A model generated the notes under the pieces. It did not search any database, was not told where the DNA came from, and worked only from the letters and a program-made list of their open reading frames with translations. Below are positions 58,399 to 64,000 of a stretch of 64,000 nt of DNA, in pieces. The position numbers were made by a program, and so were the translations under genes. Origin of the DNA: Bifidobacterium breve (GTDB lineage Bacteria > Actinomycetota > Actinomycetes > S36-B12 > UBA5976); the NCBI GenBank assembly GCA_945866135.1, contig CAMBGF010000001.1, forward strand, positions 24,805-88,804, read 5' to 3'. Position 1 is the stretch's first letter. Each line of letters starts with the position of its first letter.

Positions 58399-59034
58399 GT
58401 GAGCGGCATCGAGATCCCAGGGTTAAATCTCCCGGAAGCACGCACCCCGTCCCCAACTGGACAGCAATTTGGCGATTCGGTCTACCAGCGCCTGTTGCAA
58501 GATCGCATTATTTTCCTAGGCACCCAAGTTGCTGATGACATGGCAAATGCCATTTGTGCTCAGATTTTACTTTTGGCTGCTGATGACCCGGAAAAGGATA
58601 TTTTCCTTTACATAAATTCTCCTGGTGGCTCAATCAGCGCGGGTATGGCAATTTATGACACCATGCAGTTTGTTAAAAATGATGTAGCAACAGTGGCAAT
58701 GGGACTTGCTGCCTCTATGGGTCAGTTCCTGTTATGTGCTGGCGCATCGGGCAAGCGTTACTCGCTGCCGCACGCCCGCATCATGATGCACCAACCCTCC
58801 GGTGGTATCGGTGGAACTGCAGCTGATATCAAGATCCAAGCCGAACAAATGAAATTTACTAAGGCAAAGATGGCAGAACTTATTGCCGAACATACTGGTC
58901 AGTCAATGCAAACAGTTACTGATGATTCTGATCGTGACCGATGGTTCACTGCAGAAGAAGCAAAAGATTATGGTTTCGTCGATCACGTTGTGCGCAGTGC
59001 GCGCGATGTGGCCGGCGAAGGCGGAACGGCATAA
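58399..59034 (+). CDS. clpP1: ATP-dependent Clp protease proteolytic subunit 1
   Basis: 211 aa with ClpP motifs (INSPGGSISAGMAIYDTM, GLAASMGQFLL, IMMHQPSGG). GTG start. Confidence 0.9.
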   Translation: MSGIEIPGLNLPEARTPSPTGQQFGDSVYQRLLQDRIIFLGTQVADDMANAICAQILLLAADDPEKDIFLYINSPGGSISAGMAIYDTMQFVKNDVATVAMGLAASMGQFLLCAGASGKRYSLPHARIMMHQPSGGIGGTAADIKIQAEQMKFTKAKMAELIAEHTGQSMQTVTDDSDRDRWFTAEEAKDYGFVDHVVRSARDVAGEGGTA

Positions 59035-59045
59035 GGGAGATACTC

Positions 59046-59663
59046 ATGGATTACTCACCACAATCGCGTTACATTCTGCCGAACTACATTGAGCGCACAC
59101 CGCAAGGTATCCGGGAATACAACCCTTATGGCAAGTTATTCGAAGAGCGCATTATTTTCCTAGGTGTGCAAATTGATGACGCTTCTGCTGATGACGTTAT
59201 GGCGCAGCTTTTGGTTTTGGAATCACTTGATCCAGAGCGCGACATTCAGATGTACATCAATTCACCAGGTGGTTCTTACACTGCGATGACTGCAATTTAT
59301 GACACTATGCAATTCGTGAAATGCAACGTGCAAACCGTATGTCTTGGCCAAGCAGCTTCGGCCGCTTCAGTAATTCTTGCTGCTGGCGCGCCAGGAAAGC
59401 GTTTTGCTCTGCCACATGCGCGCATTCTGATTCATCAGCCATACACCGAAGGTGGCGGCCAAGGTTCAGACATTGAGATTCAAGCTAATGAAATCTTGCG
59501 CATGCGCGATGAGATGGAAGGCATTTTCTCGCACCATACTGGGCGCTCTGTTGATGAGATCCGCATAGACATGGATCGGGACAAAATCCTTACCGCCCCA
59601 CAGGCAAAGGAATACGGAATCATCGATCAGGTACTAACTTCGCGGGTTCCACTGAATAAATAG
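59046..59663 (+). CDS. clpP2: ATP-dependent Clp protease proteolytic subunit 2
   Basis: I chose the start at 59046 (MDYSPQSRYILPNY...) with an AAGGGAG RBS. The track ORF start 58941 would overlap clpP1. Motifs: INSPGGSYTAMTAIYDTM, GQAASAASVIL. Confidence 0.9.
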   Translation: MDYSPQSRYILPNYIERTPQGIREYNPYGKLFEERIIFLGVQIDDASADDVMAQLLVLESLDPERDIQMYINSPGGSYTAMTAIYDTMQFVKCNVQTVCLGQAASAASVILAAGAPGKRFALPHARILIHQPYTEGGGQGSDIEIQANEILRMRDEMEGIFSHHTGRSVDEIRIDMDRDKILTAPQAKEYGIIDQVLTSRVPLNK

Positions 59664-59766
59664 CCTTCTTTTGGCGTGTACGCCAAGAGAAAACGCTTGA
59701 TTCAAGGTACTTTGGAGGAACGCTCGAAGTATCTGTCCACACTTATTCCCCCGGGAGGTGACCACT

Positions 59767-61047
59767 ATGGCTCGTATTGGCGAAAGTGGCGACCTGTTGA
59801 AGTGTTCGTTCTGTGGCAAAAGCCAGAAGCAGGTCAAGAAATTGATCGCTGGCCCAGCCGTATACATCTGTGACGAATGCATTGACTTGTGCAATGAAAT
59901 CATTGAAGAAGAATTAGGCGAGTCGGTAAACCTCGGTTGGGATGAACTTCCTAAGCCGCGCGAGATATTTGCATTCCTTGATCAGTATGTAATCGGTCAA
60001 GAAGTTGCCAAGAAGTCGCTTTCAGTTGCTGTCTATAACCATTACAAGCGAGTACAAGCTGGCGCGAATGAATCCACGCGCGAAGAAAGCGTTGAACTTG
60101 CTAAGTCAAATATTTTGTTACTTGGCCCAACAGGTTCAGGTAAGACGCTGCTCGCGCAGACTTTAGCTCGCATGCTAAATGTTCCGTTTGCTATTGCAGA
60201 TGCCACCGCACTTACTGAGGCTGGTTATGTCGGGGAAGATGTGGAAAACATCTTGCTGAAACTAATTCAGGCTGCAGATTACGACGTAAAAAAAGCGGAA
60301 ACTGGAATCATATACATTGATGAAATCGACAAGGTAGCTCGCAAGAGCGAAAACCCTTCGATCACTCGCGACGTTTCAGGTGAAGGTGTCCAGCAAGCTC
60401 TTTTGAAAATTCTGGAAGGTACAACTGCCTCAGTTCCGCCACAAGGTGGGCGCAAGCATCCGCATCAGGAATTTATTCAAATTGATACCAGCAACGTCTT
60501 GTTTATTGTTGGTGGCGCATTTGCCGGCTTAGATCAAATTATTCGTCAGCGAATTGGCAAGAAAGCGCTGGGCTTCACGGCCAACATTGAGCAAAAGGAA
60601 ATTAACGAACAAGATATCTTCTCGCAGGTTATGCCAGAAGATATGTTGAAGTTCGGCATGATTCCAGAATTCATTGGTCGCTTGCCAGTATTCACTTCCG
60701 TTGCCCAGCTCGACAAAGAAGCGCTTGTGGCTGTTTTAACGCAACCAAAGAACGCTTTAGTTCGGCAGTACCAAAAACTATTTGACTTAGATGGCGTGGA
60801 GCTTGAATTCACACCTGATGCACTTGAGGCAGTTGCGGAACAAGCAATTCTGCGTGGCACAGGTGCTCGTGGATTGCGCGCGATCATGGAAGAAGTTTTG
60901 TTAACGGTTATGTACGACGTACCTAGCCGCGATGACGTAGCTCGAGTAGTCATTAACCGGGAAGTTGTCCTAAAGAACGTTAATCCAACTCTGATTCCGC
61001 GGGATGCACCAGTTGCAAAACGAATTCCAAAGGAAAAGTCAGCTTAG
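59767..61047 (+). CDS. clpX: ATP-dependent Clp protease ATP-binding subunit ClpX
   Basis: Zinc ribbon [30 protein letters not shown] and Walker [12 protein letters not shown]. The ATG at 59767 has GGGAGG 8 nt upstream. Confidence 0.95.
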   Translation: MARIGESGDLLKCSFCGKSQKQVKKLIAGPAVYICDECIDLCNEIIEEELGESVNLGWDELPKPREIFAFLDQYVIGQEVAKKSLSVAVYNHYKRVQAGANESTREESVELAKSNILLLGPTGSGKTLLAQTLARMLNVPFAIADATALTEAGYVGEDVENILLKLIQAADYDVKKAETGIIYIDEIDKVARKSENPSITRDVSGEGVQQALLKILEGTTASVPPQGGRKHPHQEFIQIDTSNVLFIVGGAFAGLDQIIRQRIGKKALGFTANIEQKEINEQDIFSQVMPEDMLKFGMIPEFIGRLPVFTSVAQLDKEALVAVLTQPKNALVRQYQKLFDLDGVELEFTPDALEAVAEQAILRGTGARGLRAIMEEVLLTVMYDVPSRDDVARVVINREVVLKNVNPTLIPRDAPVAKRIPKEKSA

Positions 61048-61049
61048 TT

Positions 61050-63602
61050 TTAACTTTCGCTTGTTGGCGCGAGTTCGATCGCCAAAGAAATTTGGCCCGC
61101 GGCTTCTGCATAAGTAAAGTCACTTTGAACTCGGCCCGCAGTCTTCAAATCTGCGGCAACAAGTTTTGCTTTTGCTAGAACTTGCGCCGGCGCACTAATA
61201 GTTGCCTTAGTAATCTCCGCTTTCATGGAAACTTTGGCTTCACTTTTGGACTTTCGAAGCTGGAGCAAAATCTCGCCAGAAACTCCAAGCAAAGATGAAT
61301 CGCCATTAAAAGCCCGTAGTGCTTCTGAAGTTGGCCAAGGCGACTTGTGAACTGATTCCTCGTGAGTCCAAGACCAAACTTCTTCCGTTACAAATGGCAA
61401 GAACGGCGCAAAGAGTTTGATCAAGGTGTCCAAAGTAATGGTCAGGGCCGCACGAGCAGATTGCGCTGCGACTTCGCCAGCTAGCCCATAAGAACGGTCC
61501 TTAACTAACTCAAGATGATCATCAGTGAATTCCCAGAAGAATTTTTCTGCTGCTTCCATGGCCTTGGTGTAATTAAATGCTTCAAATGCCTTGGTCGCCT
61601 CATCGACAACATCAGCAAGGGCAGCCAGGAGCGCTTTATCTATTGGTTCGGTAATCGCCTCGGGGGCTGCGCTACCTTGGGTTAAAACAAATTTACTTGC
61701 ATTGAGAATTTTGGTTGCTAAGCGACGACCAATTTTCATTTGGCCTACATCAAAAGCAGTATCTGTTCCAGGACGACCGCTGGCAGCCCAATAGCGCACA
61801 CCATCGCTGCCATGTTCATCCAGTAAATCTAGGGGAGTAACAACATTGCCTTTGGACTTGGACATTTTCTTACGATCTGGATCTAAGATCCAACCAGAAA
61901 TTAAGGCATGCTTCCAAGGCAAAACTTTCTCCTCAAGGTGCGCGCGAACAACTGTGCTAAACAACCAAGTGCGAATAATTTCATGGGCTTGTGGGCGAAC
62001 ATCAAATGGCCAAACTCGACTCCACAAGTCCTCATCAAATCCCCAGCCACCTGCAATTTGTGGTGTCAGCGATGAGGTTGCCCAAGTGTCCATAACATCA
62101 GGGTCACCCATAAATCCACCGGGAACTCCACGCTGCGCTTCGGTATAGCCAGCGGGAACATCTGTCGAAGGATCAATGGGAAGCGCGGCAACATCTGGAA
62201 CCAGAATTTTGTCCCACATTGGATTTCCATCAGCAGCTAGGCCGTACCAAACGGGAACTGGCACACCAAAAAATCGTTGTCGTGAAATTAGCCAGTCGCC
62301 ATTAAGTCCTTCAACCCAGTTTTCGTAACGCACTTTCATGTGATCTGGGTGCCACTTAATGCTGCGACCGCGATCCACTAACTCAGTTCGCAACGGTGCA
62401 TCACGGCCACCATTGCGGATGTACCACTGTCGAGTCGTCACGATTTCAAGGGGCTTATCGCCTTTTTCAAAGAATTTAACGGGATGAACTATTGCGCGAA
62501 TTTCGCCGTGTAGATCCCCAGATTCCTTAAGCAGTTCTGCCATCTTTTCCTTGGCGGAGTGCGCAGTTAGGCCAGCAATTGCGGAATAAGCATTCTGACC
62601 GAGTTCACCAGAAATCCAGTCTGGAATTTCCGAAATGATTCGACCATCCCAGCCAATTATTGGCCGAGTTGGTAGTTGAAGTTCGCGCCACCAGGTCACG
62701 TCAGTGGTATCACCAAAAGTACAAATCATTGCAATTCCAGATCCCTTTTCTGGATCTGCGAGCGTGTGGGCAACTACTGGAACTTCCACTCCAAAAATTG
62801 GTGAAGTGACAGTGGTTCCAAATAGTGGCTTGTAACGATCATCATCGGGATGAGCAACTAGAGCAACACAGGCTGGAAGTAATTCCGGGCGAGTTGTCTC
62901 AATAAATATTGGCTCGCCATCTGGCTTATGGAATGAAATGCGATGGTAGGCACCTGGGCGCTCCCGATCTTCCAATTCAGCTTGCGCAACGGCAGTTCTA
63001 AAAGTTACATCCCAGAGCGTAGGTGCTTCACTTTGATAAGCCTCGTTGCGCTCAAGATTATTTAGGAACATGCGCTGGGAAACACTACGCGCACGTGCAT
63101 CAATGGTTTGGTAGGTAAGTTTCCAATCGACGCTAGTTCCGAGTCGGCGCCAAAGTTCTTCAAAAGCTTTTTCATCTTCAATTGTTAATTGGACACAAAG
63201 TTCCACAAAGTTTCGGCGGGAAATCGGTAACTGATCTTTACCTGGTTCTGCTGGGGGCGCGAAGTTTGGATCATAGGGAAGTGATGGATCACATCGCACG
63301 CCAAAGTAATTCTGAACTCGACGTTCAGTTGGCAAGCCGTTGTCATCCCATCCCATTGGGTAAAAAACCGACTTACCATTCATTCGCTGATAACGAGCTA
63401 CACAATCTATATGCGTGTAGGAGAACACATGGCCCACGTGAAGTGAGCCACTAACAGTTGGCGGCGGTGTATCAATACTAAAAACGTTTTCGCGAGTTGC
63501 GCTGCGGTCAAAGGAGTAGGTGCCAGCTTCGTCCCAGGCCTGCATCCACTTTGATTCCAAGCCGTCGAGTGTTGGCTTTTCCGGCATTCGTTGCGCGCTC
63601 AT
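61050..63602 (-). CDS. valS: valine-tRNA ligase
   Basis: Class I motifs HVGH and KMSKS. I chose the start at 63602 (MSAQRMPEKPTLDG...). The track ORF N-terminal extension to 63746 runs across the folC start. Confidence 0.92.
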   Translation of the reverse strand: MSAQRMPEKPTLDGLESKWMQAWDEAGTYSFDRSATRENVFSIDTPPPTVSGSLHVGHVFSYTHIDCVARYQRMNGKSVFYPMGWDDNGLPTERRVQNYFGVRCDPSLPYDPNFAPPAEPGKDQLPISRRNFVELCVQLTIEDEKAFEELWRRLGTSVDWKLTYQTIDARARSVSQRMFLNNLERNEAYQSEAPTLWDVTFRTAVAQAELEDRERPGAYHRISFHKPDGEPIFIETTRPELLPACVALVAHPDDDRYKPLFGTTVTSPIFGVEVPVVAHTLADPEKGSGIAMICTFGDTTDVTWWRELQLPTRPIIGWDGRIISEIPDWISGELGQNAYSAIAGLTAHSAKEKMAELLKESGDLHGEIRAIVHPVKFFEKGDKPLEIVTTRQWYIRNGGRDAPLRTELVDRGRSIKWHPDHMKVRYENWVEGLNGDWLISRQRFFGVPVPVWYGLAADGNPMWDKILVPDVAALPIDPSTDVPAGYTEAQRGVPGGFMGDPDVMDTWATSSLTPQIAGGWGFDEDLWSRVWPFDVRPQAHEIIRTWLFSTVVRAHLEEKVLPWKHALISGWILDPDRKKMSKSKGNVVTPLDLLDEHGSDGVRYWAASGRPGTDTAFDVGQMKIGRRLATKILNASKFVLTQGSAAPEAITEPIDKALLAALADVVDEATKAFEAFNYTKAMEAAEKFFWEFTDDHLELVKDRSYGLAGEVAAQSARAALTITLDTLIKLFAPFLPFVTEEVWSWTHEESVHKSPWPTSEALRAFNGDSSLLGVSGEILLQLRKSKSEAKVSMKAEITKATISAPAQVLAKAKLVAADLKTAGRVQSDFTYAEAAGQISLAIELAPTSES

Positions 63603-63644
63603 GAACCCTAATCTTAGACAATCGCAGCCACTTAGAATGAATCT

Positions 63645-64000
63645 ATGACTTTGCCAGATCACCAAGAGCTTGCGCGCGTGGTGGAGGTCTTGGAATCTCG
63701 TTGGCCGGAGACCAAAATCGAACCAAGTTTGGATCGAATTAGCCATTTAATGACACTTTTAGGCGATCCACAGTTCGCTTATCCAGTTATTCACGTGACT
63801 GGAACAAATGGTAAAACTTCAACAGCGCGCATGATTGAATCTTTACTCAGAGCACTCGGACTGCGAACTGGATTAGTAACTAGTCCACACTTGCACCAAG
63901 TCAGTGAACGTATCCGACTTAATGGCGACCCGATTCCAGCAGCTAAGTTTGTGGAAATTTATGACGAGTTAGAGCCTTACTTAGCAATTGTGGACAGTGA
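63645..64000 (+). CDS. folC: folylpolyglutamate synthase/dihydrofolate synthase, N-terminal part (3' end lies outside the window)
   Basis: My own translation from the ATG at 63645 reads MTLPDHQELARVVEVLESRWPE...VIHVTGTNGKTSTARMIESLL, which includes the Mur-ligase P-loop. The ORF is open to the window end and is not in the track. Confidence 0.85.
   Translation, partial: MTLPDHQELARVVEVLESRWPETKIEPSLDRISHLMTLLGDPQFAYPVIHVTGTNGKTSTARMIESLLRALGLRTGLVTSPHLHQVSERIRLNGDPIPAAKFVEIYDELEPYLAIVDS

Noticed and set aside
63603-63746. 48-aa N-terminal extension of the valS ORF; similar upstream extensions of clpP2 (58941), opuAC (16031), mobA (36943), the DUF2256 gene (43907) and orn (40227)
   Set aside because: The extensions overlap neighbouring genes or tRNAs and lack homology-like sequence. 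In most cases the internal start gives a canonical N-terminus, and several have an SD sequence or ATGA coupling.
1-64000. CRISPR arrays, IS elements or transposases, integrases, prophage genes and rRNA operons
   Set aside because: I saw no regularly spaced repeats and no recombinase-like, transposase-like or phage-like translations in the six-frame track. The only mobility hint is the tRNA-His 3' duplication, reported separately.

Overview
This 64-kb window looks like a tightly packed actinobacterial chromosome with moderately low GC. Many genes overlap by 4 nt (ATGA). The phylum call is an inference from gene order: orn, ettA, glbO, pepN, an Rv2466c-like gene, rpiB, tig, clpP1, clpP2, clpX, valS and folC are collinear with M. 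tuberculosis Rv2511..Rv2447c as I recall it.

The region 4996-38647 is one contiguous catabolic supercluster for choline and glycine betaine, ending in glycine plus CO2. It holds betA, betB, an OpuA-type ABC importer, dimethylglycine oxidase, soxBDAG, folD, fhs, two IclR regulators, and a NAD-linked Cys-type molybdenum formate dehydrogenase (fdsGBAD with fdhD, moeA, mobA).

The most notable part is a complete corrinoid-dependent methyltransferase module. It comprises a non-pyrrolysine MttB-family methyltransferase, a B12-binding protein, a methyl-H4F:corrinoid methyltransferase, a RACo-type reductive activator, a DUF1638 protein, and acetogen-type MetV/MetF. This hybrid of an anaerobe-style corrinoid demethylation route with O2-dependent oxidases is my main candidate for an undescribed system.

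The junction to the conserved backbone is a tRNA-His followed by a 37-nt copy of its own 3' end. The right-hand ~25 kb is housekeeping backbone carrying genes with no counterpart in that M. tuberculosis region as I recall it (agmatinase-family enzyme, HigBA, FeS-BCP photolyase with DUF2256, copper amine oxidase).

I found four tRNAs (His, Arg, Gly, Pro). I saw no rRNA, CRISPR array, transposase or integrase. All product calls rest on motifs I could read in the supplied translations. No database search was run.
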